A stretch of DNA of 64,000 nucleotides, taken from NCBI GenBank assembly GCA_030065125.1, contig JASJDM010000016.1, positions 52,328-116,327 of the forward strand, read 5' to 3'. This document shows, in pieces, positions 48,197-58,100 of this stretch (position 1 is the first letter of the stretch; every line of letters starts with the position of its first letter). The notes below the pieces were generated by a model. It made no database searches, was not told the DNA's origin, and saw only the letters and a program-made list of their open reading frames with translations. A program made the translations under genes and the position numbers. The stretch is from Lysobacterales bacterium (GTDB taxonomy: Bacteria > Pseudomonadota > Gammaproteobacteria > Xanthomonadales > SZUA-38).

Positions 48197-50221
48197 CTAG
48201 AAGGCGGCCCGCAGACCCAGGATGAAGTTACGCCCGGGCAGTGGTGCCCGTTCGACCACAAACGACGTGTGGTTGCGCGCTTCCTCGTCATCCAGGTTGC
48301 GGCCACGCAGGTAGAACTGCCAGTCCAGGCCGCCAACGTCACCCATGTTGTACACCACGTCGGCGTTGATCATGGTATAGCTGTCGGTGGGTCGCTCAAA
48401 CGCCCCGATGTCGTCCTGGTCGTCGTAGCGGATCGCGTCGAGGCTGAACTGCCACTGGTTCCAATCCCAGTCCAGTCCGGCACCGAAGCGGTTCGGCGGC
48501 GTACGTGGCAGGTCACCTCCGTTATCCAGCTCCGCGGTCACGGAGTCGAAGAACATCGAGGCTCTCCAACCCTCACCAAAACTCAGTGCGAGTTCGCCCT
48601 CCCACCCGGAAATGTCAGCGTCGGCCTGCAGCCATTCAAACACCGGCAGTCCGTCTTCGACCAGCCCGGTGCCGTTCAGGTAGATGAAGTCGTCGTAGTT
48701 GTACTGGTAATAGGACAAGCTACCGGTGAGCGGGCTGGTGGTCGTCGCCAGGGTCAAATCGAAACTGGTGTTGCGCTCCTCCACCAGGTTGGGGTTGCCG
48801 ATTTCGAATGTACCGGTGGCCAGGTGTGGTCCGTCAGCGAACAGCTCCACTTCTGACGGTGCCCGCTCCGTTCGGGCCAGGTTCACCATCAGCTGAAAGT
48901 CTTCGTTGAAGCGCCAGACCGCGCCGCCGGAGATGCTGAACGGGTCATGGCTTGCGCTCAGGCCGCTGATGGCATCGGTATCCTGGCTTTCAATTCGCAG
49001 TCCTACCTCATAGCGGACGTCACCCACGGTTTTTTCTTCCACGATAAACAGCGCCTGCTGTTCGGTAGTGCTGGGGGGCACGAACGCTTCTTCCCCCAAG
49101 GCGCTGAAGTCCCGATCCCGGTAGTGGATGCCGACCGTGCCACGCCATCCACCGATGGGGTTGTGGGTCACTTCGAGCCGGGTTTCCAGGGTATCGGTAT
49201 CGAACTGGGTGCCGATTTCATCCCCTTCCAGTTCCACGTGCTCGTAGTCGTTATCAGAAATCAACAACTCGATCTGCTCAATCCCGTCAAACGGATTGGC
49301 GAAGGCCAGGCGTCCGTCAATCTTGGTTTGCTCCAGGTCGATGGAGACCTCTTCACCGCCGCCTTTCAGGCCAAGCTTGTCGTCCTCGTCTTCTTCCTCT
49401 TCCTCCTCACCGGCGGGAATTCCGTAGAGCGTATCGAAGGTACTGACGGTAATACTGGCGACAACGCTATCGCCGAGATAGCTCAGGCCCGCGGCAAAAC
49501 CCTCGGTTTCCACGCCACTGTTGGGCAGCGTGCCAAAGGCTTCTTCTTCATCGTCCTCGTCCTTCAGGTCATCCGCCCCTTCGCGCTCGGCAAAGCCGGG
49601 AATATCGTAGTCGTCCGCATCCCGGTAGAACGCGTCGAGATGGTAGGCAATCCGGCCGCTCTGACCGTTGATCTCAGCGCCACCGAACAGACCGTCAGCG
49701 ACACTATCGCCCTCCAGCACCAGAGAACCGCTGACGCCATCCCCGCCCATGTCCTCGGGCAGGCGATTGGTGCGTACGTTGACGACACCGCCGATGGTGT
49801 CGGAGCCGTACAGCAGCGTCGCGGGGCCATGCAGAACTTCCACCTGGCGCGCCAGGAAGGGCTCGATGGACACCGCGTGGTCAGCACTGACGGCGGACAC
49901 ATCATTACTGCTGATGTTGTTTTCGAGTACCGCGATGCGGAGGCCGTCCTGGCCGCGGATGATGGGGCGTCCCACGCCGGCGCCGAAAAAGGCACTGTGG
50001 ATGCCCGGCAGATTATTGACGGTCTCGCCAATGCTGGTGGTGAGTCTTTCCCGAAGCTCGCCGCCCGTCAGCACGGCGGTGATCACGGTACTGTCGTCAA
50101 CCGGGGTGTTCAACGGGGTGGCGGTTACAATAATTTGCTCGATTTCTTCCTCGGCGTCCTGGGCCCACGCTCCAGGCGCGACGGCACAGGCAATGGCCAG
50201 ACTCAAAAGGGTCCTGTTCAT
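48197..50221 (-). CDS. ZnuD-like TonB-dependent outer-membrane receptor
   Basis: GGAG RBS then ATG at 50221; plug RPIIRGQDG.R..VL.N...DVSAVSADHAV.IEP...GPATLLYGS..IGGVVN; C-terminal NL.DEEARNHTSF...APLPGRNF.LGLRAAF. Confidence 0.88.
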   Translation of the reverse strand: MNRTLLSLAIACAVAPGAWAQDAEEEIEQIIVTATPLNTPVDDSTVITAVLTGGELRERLTTSIGETVNNLPGIHSAFFGAGVGRPIIRGQDGLRIAVLENNISSNDVSAVSADHAVSIEPFLARQVEVLHGPATLLYGSDTIGGVVNVRTNRLPEDMGGDGVSGSLVLEGDSVADGLFGGAEINGQSGRIAYHLDAFYRDADDYDIPGFAEREGADDLKDEDDEEEAFGTLPNSGVETEGFAAGLSYLGDSVVASITVSTFDTLYGIPAGEEEEEEDEDDKLGLKGGGEEVSIDLEQTKIDGRLAFANPFDGIEQIELLISDNDYEHVELEGDEIGTQFDTDTLETRLEVTHNPIGGWRGTVGIHYRDRDFSALGEEAFVPPSTTEQQALFIVEEKTVGDVRYEVGLRIESQDTDAISGLSASHDPFSISGGAVWRFNEDFQLMVNLARTERAPSEVELFADGPHLATGTFEIGNPNLVEERNTSFDLTLATTTSPLTGSLSYYQYNYDDFIYLNGTGLVEDGLPVFEWLQADADISGWEGELALSFGEGWRASMFFDSVTAELDNGGDLPRTPPNRFGAGLDWDWNQWQFSLDAIRYDDQDDIGAFERPTDSYTMINADVVYNMGDVGGLDWQFYLRGRNLDDEEARNHTSFVVERAPLPGRNFILGLRAAF

Positions 50222-50334
50222 GTTCAACTCCAAAATTTATTTATCCCCAACAGGGGAGGTCAGCCGGGTTGCCCAGGGGCAACACGGAATCAACGTCAAT
50301 TCATAGACATTTCAAGGGGTAACGCGGGAATTGA

Positions 50335-50595
50335 TCAGTGCAGATTAGGGGGAGCGCGGCTGGGGTGACCGTTTCGGGAGGGAGCTGCAGGCGACTGTTG
50401 CGGATCAGACGACACAACTGCGTCGCCATTCTGGGGCAACGTGACTGCAGCCCGGATTTCCGGCAGCAGGGAATCAAGGCCAGGCAGCTGAATGCAGACT
50501 TCGCATTCGGCAACTGGATGCTGGTGCTCAACGTTGTGGTGGGCCGCGAGTGCCTGACCAAACAGCAGTAGCAGCGTGAGGCTGAAGACGCGCAC
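50335..50595 (-). CDS. DUF2946/CruR-like leader peptide with His cluster, CxxC and C-terminal RAPP (start uncertain)
   Basis: 3' part of the 50335-51171 frame: (M)RVFSLTLLLLFGQALAAHHNVEHQHPVAECEVCIQLP...HPSRAPPNLH*; GTG at 50595, alternative GTG at 50673; lies 113 bp upstream of the receptor on the same strand. Confidence 0.72.
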   Translation of the reverse strand: MRVFSLTLLLLFGQALAAHHNVEHQHPVAECEVCIQLPGLDSLLPEIRAAVTLPQNGDAVVSSDPQQSPAAPSRNGHPSRAPPNLH

Positions 50596-50705
50596 ACCAG
50601 TCGTGTGCCCTCGGGAGCGGATTGACCCAGGTTCGGGCAGCCGTTTCTGAATTTTCGAATGGATGCCTGTCACGGATTGTCGATGCCCGAATTCACGCCG
50701 GTCAC

Positions 50706-50771
50706 GAATCAAAAACGCCGAATCAAAAACGCCGAATCGAAAACGAACCCGCGATCCCACAACAGCGGGTT
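50706..50771 (-). repeat. Three 14-bp tandem repeats next to a hairpin (terminator-like region downstream of iorB)
   Basis: GAATCAAAAACGCC x2 plus GAATCGAAAACGAA (50706-50747); AACCCGC-N12-GCGGGTT hairpin (50746-50771). On the minus strand the hairpin is followed by T-rich tracts. Confidence 0.6.
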
Positions 50772-50825
50772 CAAAACGACGCAAACGTAACCTGTGAGAT
50801 GTCACGAAAAAGTGACGGCGGCGGC

Positions 50826-53021
50826 TCAGGCCAGAGCCTCTCGAACGCGGTCGGGCGTGAACGGCTGGTGCCGAATTCGGCGTCCGGTGAGCGCAAAAAA
50901 AGCATTGGCGATGGCCGGCGGTACCAGTGGATTGCCCGCCTCGCCGATCTGGGTCGGCTTTTCGTGATTTTCGGCAATGTGTACCTCGATCTTCGGCGAC
51001 ATGTTGTTTCTCAGGATTGCGTAGTCGTTGAAGTTGTTCTGGTCGACCTGACCGGCAGTGATGGTCACGCGTTCGTAGAGCGCGCTGCTCACGCCCCACA
51101 GCACGCCCCCTTCGATCTGACTGTGGGCATTGTCGGGCGAAACGATCTGGCCGGCGTCCACCGCAATCCACACCTGATGAACGCGGATGGTGCCGGATGA
51201 TTCATTGACCGAGATCTCAGCGATACCGGCGGACTGGGTATCCCCGTAGCCCGCAAACGCGAGACCGCGGGCGCGGCCTTCAGCCAGCGGAACTGCGGCC
51301 GCCATATTCTCGACGCGGTCGATCAGGGCTGTGCCGCGAGGATTGTCCCTCATGATCGCCCGCCGAAACTCGAAGGGGTTGATCCCGGCCTGGACCGCAA
51401 CCTCGTCAATAAACGCTTCTGCGGCAAAACTCGTGTACGCCGCCCCAATGCCGCGCCACGGCAGAATGCGCGCCTGCCGCTCTGTTTTTACGTGCTCCGC
51501 CAGGAAGTCGGGAATGCTGTAGAACTTGCTTTCGGCACCACGCATGGTGACGATGTCGTTTGGCGCTACCTGCTGCCAACGGATCGGATTGAAGTACTCG
51601 ATCACGGACGGTGTCGCCACCCGGTGATGCCAAGCCTTGAGAACGCCATTCTCGTCAACACCGGCCCTGAGGCGCTGGGCCGCGGCCGGGCGGAAGGCGC
51701 CGAACTTGATGTCGTCCGTCCGCGACCAGACCACTTTCACGGGCCGTTTCGCGGCCCGGGAGCACAGCAGCGCGTCGCGTACGTAGTTCTGCATCAGCTC
51801 GGTTCTTCGGCCAAAGCCGCCGCCCATGGTCATCATGTTCAGCCTGATGCGCTCGGGCGTGGTACCCAGCACCTCGGTGGCCGTGCGCGTCGTCCAGCTC
51901 TGGGTTTGTGTGCCGGCCCAGATTTCTGCGCCCTTGCCGTCCGTATCAACGCTGGCCACTGCCGCCATGGGTTCGATCTGAGCGTGGTAGGCGTAGTCCG
52001 AGGTGTACACCGCCTCGAAGGTTCTGGCGGCTCGAGACAAGGCTGCATCAGCGTCGCCCTCTGTGCGCCAGGCGGCGCCGGGGTCGTCACCTTCGGCCGC
52101 CTTTCGATAGGCGGCGATGGTGTCGTCGCTGCTGTACTTCCTGAACGGTGAGGACTCGGTCCAGGTCACGTTCAGCGCGGCCCGGCCGGCAAACGACGCA
52201 TGCATGGTCCTGGCAAGGACCGCCACACCATCCGGCAGCGGCACCACATCCATTACATCACGGGTCGCCCGGGTCGCCTTGTCGTCCATCGACGCGATGG
52301 ACTCGCCTTCCACCGGGGCGCGCAGCACCGTGGCGTAGACCATGTCGGGAACGCGCACGTCGATGGCGTACCGCGCCGTTCCAGTGGACTTTGCCGGAAC
52401 GTCACGACGGGGAACGCTTTTGCCAATCAGGGTGAACTGATCCTGGGATTTCAACGCTGCCGGCGCTGATAGCGTTGTCTCCGAGAATCGCGGCAAGGCG
52501 ACAATGTCGCCATAGGACAGGCTGCGGCCGGATGGCGCATGGATCACCCGGTTCTTTGCTGCTGTCAGCGCCTGCACATCGACCCCCCACTCGTCCGCCA
52601 CGCGCTGCCGCAGCATGTCCCGCAGGGTGGCTCCGGCCTGGCGCAATACCTGAAAGTAGCCGTAAATGGCCGAACTGCCCGCGGTGTAGAGCACATTGCC
52701 GAACGCGGGGTTGCCGAATCGTCGGTCATCCTGATTGAGCTGATGGATCGACACCTGGTCCCAGTCAGCTTCCAGCTCATCGGCCAGAATCTGCGGCAGA
52801 CCCGTCTCGCTGCCCTGCCCCATCTCTGTTGAGGGGAACAGGATATGAACCGAGTTGTCGGGCCTGATCTCCACCCAACCGGCAAATATCTCTCGGGTTT
52901 TGTCGCTGTCGCTGGGGCTGGCATACGCTTCCAGCCGGATACCGCCAGTGGCCAGCGCAACGGCTACGGCGGCGCCGGACTTGAGAAACAGCCGCCGTGA
53001 GGTGTGCACTGAGCCGCTCAT
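50826..53021 (-). CDS. Xanthine dehydrogenase family molybdopterin subunit (IorB-like) with Tat signal
   Basis: SRRLFLKSG twin-arginine signal; EMGQGSETGLPQILADEL, TAGSSAI, HAQIEP, MGGGFGRR, WRGIG, SQIEGGV.WG.S.AL, IGEAG.P.VPPAIANA. Confidence 0.88.
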   Translation of the reverse strand: MSGSVHTSRRLFLKSGAAVAVALATGGIRLEAYASPSDSDKTREIFAGWVEIRPDNSVHILFPSTEMGQGSETGLPQILADELEADWDQVSIHQLNQDDRRFGNPAFGNVLYTAGSSAIYGYFQVLRQAGATLRDMLRQRVADEWGVDVQALTAAKNRVIHAPSGRSLSYGDIVALPRFSETTLSAPAALKSQDQFTLIGKSVPRRDVPAKSTGTARYAIDVRVPDMVYATVLRAPVEGESIASMDDKATRATRDVMDVVPLPDGVAVLARTMHASFAGRAALNVTWTESSPFRKYSSDDTIAAYRKAAEGDDPGAAWRTEGDADAALSRAARTFEAVYTSDYAYHAQIEPMAAVASVDTDGKGAEIWAGTQTQSWTTRTATEVLGTTPERIRLNMMTMGGGFGRRTELMQNYVRDALLCSRAAKRPVKVVWSRTDDIKFGAFRPAAAQRLRAGVDENGVLKAWHHRVATPSVIEYFNPIRWQQVAPNDIVTMRGAESKFYSIPDFLAEHVKTERQARILPWRGIGAAYTSFAAEAFIDEVAVQAGINPFEFRRAIMRDNPRGTALIDRVENMAAAVPLAEGRARGLAFAGYGDTQSAGIAEISVNESSGTIRVHQVWIAVDAGQIVSPDNAHSQIEGGVLWGVSSALYERVTITAGQVDQNNFNDYAILRNNMSPKIEVHIAENHEKPTQIGEAGNPLVPPAIANAFFALTGRRIRHQPFTPDRVREALA

Positions 53022-53476
53022 TTTGGCATCTCGTCGGCAGCACGCTGAACCGCCTTGACGATGCGGTTGTAGGTACTGCATCGGCAGAGGTTGGTGCTCA
53101 TCCAGGACCGGATCTGATCTTCCGAGGGAGAAGGGTTCGTGTCCAGCAGCGCCGCCGCGCGCATGATCTGGCCGGACTGGCAATAACCGCACTGGGGAAC
53201 CTGTTCCTCGACCCAGGCCTTCTGCAGCGGGTGGTCACCGTTCTCGCTCAGCCCTTCGATAGTTTTGATGTTTCTTCCGGCGACACTGGCCAGCGTGATC
53301 TGGCAGGAAAACATCGACGAGCCTTCGAAATGCACCATGCAGGCCCCGCACTGGGCAGCACCACAGCCATACTTGGTGCCAGTCAGACCCAATTCCTCGC
53401 GCAGATACATCAGCAGCAGTGTGTTCGGATCCGCGTCCGTTTCCACGGGTTGGCCGTTGAGGGTGAAGCTGATCAT
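53018..53476 (-). CDS. (2Fe-2S)-binding subunit (IorA-like)
   Basis: LGLTGTKYGCGAAQCGAC, QCGYCQSGQIM, NLCRC; stop overlaps the iorB ATG. Confidence 0.92.
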   Translation of the reverse strand: MISFTLNGQPVETDADPNTLLLMYLREELGLTGTKYGCGAAQCGACMVHFEGSSMFSCQITLASVAGRNIKTIEGLSENGDHPLQKAWVEEQVPQCGYCQSGQIMRAAALLDTNPSPSEDQIRSWMSTNLCRCSTYNRIVKAVQRAADEMPK

Positions 53477-53715
53477 GGTCGCGTGTCCTCCTCGTGACAG
53501 GCGCTGGTTTACTGTTGCCGAGCTTATCCTGGGCGATGTTATGAAACGGTGACGCAGCCGTCCGGCGCGCCAGCACCACTCGTTTGATCGCCTGGTCGAG
53601 ATCTTGCTCGAAAACCGCCGTTTGATGAGTGCCGCACCTGACCATTTGGCCAGTTGCGGCCCTGCTACGTCCGCGTGTCATTCCGGCCGGACACTCCTCC
53701 AGGGAGACCGGTCAA

Positions 53716-55158
53716 ATGACCTTGATCCGAAATTCGTTGCCTTTGCGCCTCCCCTTTTATGCATTCAACAGGCAGGCAGCCGCTATGTGTTTATCCCTTC
53801 AGCGCCAAGGACTACATATTCGAATCTTCTCGAGTCTGATCCTGGTCATCCTGACCTGGCCCCTGCTCGGAATCGCCCAGATCGAGCGCATCAGCGTGAC
53901 CGGCGGCGGCGGCCAGGCAGACAGTGACAGTTACAACGCCCAGTTGTCGGACGATGGCTCGGTGATCGTGTTTCGCTCCAACGCGGAAAACCTGATCGCC
54001 GATGACACCAACGGCTGGTCGGATGTTTTCGTCCACGACCTTAACGCCGGCACGGTGGAGCGGGTCAGCGTGTTGACCGATGGCAGCCAGAGCTCCCGCT
54101 TTTCTACCCATCCTTCGATTTCAGATGACGGTCAGCTGATCGTCTTCGAAGGCCGCCCAACGTCGAACGTGGCGTGGCCAACGCTCTACGACCGCAGTGA
54201 TGACAGCGTGTTGCAGCCGCTCCCCAGGCTCGCGTCCGGAAGCACGGCGGCAGGTCCGCAACGTGCCCGAAACGAGCCCCAGATTTCCGGAAACGGACAA
54301 TTCTTACTGTTTCACACCTGGGCCACGCTCCAAAACCTGTTCGACACCGACGCGCGCCCGTTGAATGACGACAGCAACAGTGCCGATGACGTTTTCGTGT
54401 TTGATCTCACGGCCCAGCCGATTGCGGCGGTCGAGCGGGTCAGCCGCGACTCCAGCGGCAACAGCGTCGATGGCGACAGCCTGTCGGGCTCGCTGTCCGA
54501 TGACGGCCGCTACGTGGCCTTTTTCTCCTACACCAATGAGCTCGTACCCAACGATCTGAACGGCCATGAAGACGTGTTCCTCAAGGACCGGGATACCGGT
54601 ACCATCGATCTGGTCAGCGTCAGCACCAGCGGCGCGCCGGGCAACGAAGACAGCTACAACCCGATGGTTTCGGGCAACGGCCAGTTCATCGTTTTTCGCT
54701 CCCTGGCCAATGACCTGGTGACGGGAGACAGCAACAACAGCTGGGACATCTTTGTTCGAGACCGTAATGCCCAGGTAACCCAACGGGTCAGCGTGTCCAG
54801 CGCCGGACAAGGCGGTGACAATCACAGTTTTGAGGGCTCAATTTCCGACGACGGGCGCTATGTCACTTTTCGGTCCGCCGCTTCGAACCTGGTAGCGGAC
54901 GACGCCAACGGCCGCTTCGATATCTTCGTACACGACCGGACCCGGAGCCTGACCGAGCGGATTTCCGCCGGCATCGCTGCTGAGGCCGACGGCAACAGCT
55001 TTGAGCCCGCGATTTCCGGTGACGGCCGCTGGATCGTCTTCGAGTCCGATGCCACCAACCTGGTGGCGGGTGACAGCAACCAGGCCCGGGACATTTTCCG
55101 TGCCCCCAACCCGCTGTTCGAGGCTGGCGGCAACCAGGACACGGAGGCAGCACGATGA
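53716..55158 (+). CDS. Secreted TolB-like/PD40 beta-propeller protein
   Basis: Repeats of S.DG..V.F.S.A.NLV..D.N...D(V/I)F..D (about 6 copies); signal-like segment ending LGIAQ; start uncertain (GGGAG before the ATG at 53716). Confidence 0.8.
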   Translation: MTLIRNSLPLRLPFYAFNRQAAAMCLSLQRQGLHIRIFSSLILVILTWPLLGIAQIERISVTGGGGQADSDSYNAQLSDDGSVIVFRSNAENLIADDTNGWSDVFVHDLNAGTVERVSVLTDGSQSSRFSTHPSISDDGQLIVFEGRPTSNVAWPTLYDRSDDSVLQPLPRLASGSTAAGPQRARNEPQISGNGQFLLFHTWATLQNLFDTDARPLNDDSNSADDVFVFDLTAQPIAAVERVSRDSSGNSVDGDSLSGSLSDDGRYVAFFSYTNELVPNDLNGHEDVFLKDRDTGTIDLVSVSTSGAPGNEDSYNPMVSGNGQFIVFRSLANDLVTGDSNNSWDIFVRDRNAQVTQRVSVSSAGQGGDNHSFEGSISDDGRYVTFRSAASNLVADDANGRFDIFVHDRTRSLTERISAGIAAEADGNSFEPAISGDGRWIVFESDATNLVAGDSNQARDIFRAPNPLFEAGGNQDTEAAR

Positions 55159-58100
55159 ATTCGATAAAGGGAGTTGTGCGTTGGTTTTTGCTGGTGATGC
55201 TTGCTGCGGGTTCCTGGCAGCAAGCCCATGCCATCGACTGCGGAGAGATTCTCAGCGACAGCTTCGAGGCCGGAACGCCGGGCGCGCTTCCGCAAATCGA
55301 GTCCATTCCTGATCAAGCCGTGCCCACCGGCCAGCTAATCGAAGTTGATGTCGACACCGCCATACCTGCGGAGCAGGCTGGCAACGCCTTTTCGCTGGTT
55401 GAGGCGCCAGCAGGCATGACCATTGATGGCGGCACCGGCCAGATCGCCTGGACACCTGCAGTGACCCAGGCCGGCTCCACGTTGGTGTCCGTCCAGGTTA
55501 CCAACAGTGCAGGCCTGAGCAATGAGCGGTGTTTCGCCGTGGAAGCCATCAGCACCTCAGCGTCTCCCTTGATTGATCCCATCCCAAACCAGGTCGCCGT
55601 GGTGGACCAGTCTTACAGCTACACGGTCACTGCGAGCGATCCTGATGCCACCGACGTGCTTGCCTTCGAACTGGTCAGCGCGCCAGTCGGTCTGGTCATC
55701 GACCCGGCCAGCGGCCTGATTAGCTGGACGCCCATGCCCGGAGACATCGGCACTTATCCCATCCAGGTGGCGGTATCGGATCCCTCGGGCGCAGCCGATG
55801 AAGGGGTGTTTCAGCTCCAGGTGGTGGCCCGGAACGGACCCCCCGTGCTCGAACCGGTCCAGGACCGTGGGGGCGCGCCGGGTGTCCTGGTGGAAATCAG
55901 CGCGCTGGCGCTGGACCCGGATGGCGATGACGTGACCTACTCACTGCCGGTGCGGCCCACGGGTATGACGGTCGACCCGGACAACGGTGTGATCCGCTGG
56001 ACGCCGACATTTCAGCAACTGGGTCCCCACGACGTCACCCTGGCCGCCCGAGATCCCCTGGGTGCCAGCGACAGCTGGTCATTTGAGATCGTTGTTGACC
56101 TTAACCGCGCGCCGGTGGCCATCAACGACGCCGGCTACCGCGTCGAACGGGGCGATACGCTCACGGTTCCTGCCACGGGAATCCTGGCCAACGACGTGGA
56201 CCCCAACGGCGATCTGTTGAGCAGCCTGCTTGATTCCGGCCCCTCACGTGGCAGCCTGCTGCTGGGCAACGACGGTGGATTCGAGTACACCCCAGACAAC
56301 CCGGCTGGCAGCATCGGCATGCAGATCAAGTGGCAGCAAATCAGCGCCAATGGCGGCCCCTCGGGGGGGTGGCAGCCACTGATCGGACAACTGGACGATG
56401 ACCCGGCTGCTGAGATCATCATCTACGACTTCTCGGGTACCGCCGCGACTCGAATCGAGGTCTACGATGGAGAAACCGGTGCCGAGGAATGGGTACGCAT
56501 CTTCGGCAACCGAGAGCTTGGACCAACCACTCAGGCCGAGGCGGCCCTGGCTGATATCGATCTTGACGGAAAGCCCGAAATTCTCATGGTTGGAGGAGAT
56601 CCTGACGGTTCACCGACGCGAATGCTTCGTCTATACGCGCTCGAACATGATGGCGGGCTGAAGTGGATCAGCGAATCGCTGCCAAAGCAGGGGTTTGATC
56701 CCACGCGGGCAGATATTCGCAATACGGCCAACGGTGACATGTTTGATTCCGCTATCAGCGTGGCCGACCTGGATGGCGATGGCCTGCCGGAGATCATTGT
56801 TGCGCCGAGGGGGGACTTCTCCTCATACCAGGTCTGGGACGCCAACGGGCGAAAGGTGGACTATGCCTTTGCGCCGGGGGTGAGAGAAAGCACCAATGGG
56901 ACGCGGGTCAGTGTGGTCGATCTGGACCTGGATGAGACGCCCGAAGTTGTTGTGTCGAATGCGGCATTCACCAACGAGGGTGAGGTGATCTGGACCCGGG
57001 ACGACGTTGAAGATGGCCTGGCGCCCTATGCCCATCCCCAGGTGGCCAATCTCGACGATGACCCATATCCCGAACTGGTGCGTCGACTGGGGGGGTTCCG
57101 TGAAACGAACATCGTTCTGGCGTTGAACCATGACGGATCGACGTTGTGGGAGTATGAGTTCCCGGGCGGCAGCACTTCGCTCTGGTCGCCCCTTACCATC
57201 GCCGACGTCAATAACGACGGTCAGGCCGAAGTCCTTGCCGCAGGCGGTGTGGGCGCCGACCGGTTCGACGTGATCAATGGGCAGGACGGCACGTTACTCT
57301 GGTCGAACACGGTAGAGACAGGCAGGTCTGGTGCGACGGTGTTCGACCTGGATCGGGACGGATTCAACGAAGTCGTATACATCGACGACGTCAGCGACCT
57401 GTACGTCTGGGATGGACGCGACGGAACGGAAAAGCTGGTGCTGGATCTGACCACCCAGGACACTTTTCCCACGGAGCACACGGTACCGGTCTTCGCCGAC
57501 GTTGATGCCGACGGCCACGCTGAGTTGGTGATCCCCGTTGGTTTCACCTTCAGCGCCACTCCCAGCCTGCAGGTATGGGAGAGCATCAACGACGACTGGG
57601 CGCCCATGCGTCCGGTCTGGAACCAGGCTCGCTACTTCGTCACCAACGTCAACGATGATCTGACCGTGCCCGCACAGCAACGCCCGCACTGGCTGCTGCC
57701 CGGGTTGAACCTTGCAATGGTGAACGAACGGCTGCCCGAGGCCCGCATCGACGACCAGGACCAGTTCAGCTATCGCGCCAACGACGGCGAGCTGATCTCG
57801 AACGTGGCAACCGTCGACATCACCATCCTGCCGCCCAACTCCGCGCCCAGGATCCTGTCATCGCCCCGGCTGAAGGCTTCGCCGGGCTTCGAGTACGTAT
57901 ATCGCGCGCTGGCGGTGGATGCAGACGTGGGCGAGTCGCTGACCTGGTCCATTGCCGAGGGGCCGGCGGGTATGGCGGTGGACGCCCTGGGTGCGGTCAC
58001 CTGGACACCCGCGCCAGGCGACCTGGGCGCCAATCCGGTGGTATTGCAGGTCACCGACAGCGTGGGCGCTGCTGGATTCCAGAACTACGTGATCCAGGTG

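Noticed and set aside
50776-50816. Zur box upstream of the ZnuD-like locus
   Set aside because: The only palindrome (CGTAAC-N9-GTCACG) is imperfect and does not match the AT-rich GTTAT/ATAAC Zur consensus; none seen near the receptor start either.
50596-51171. Upstream part of the 278-aa ORF 50335-51171
   Set aside because: Overlaps iorB out of frame and runs through terminator and repeat DNA; only the 3' His/CxxC/RAPP part looks like a real protein.
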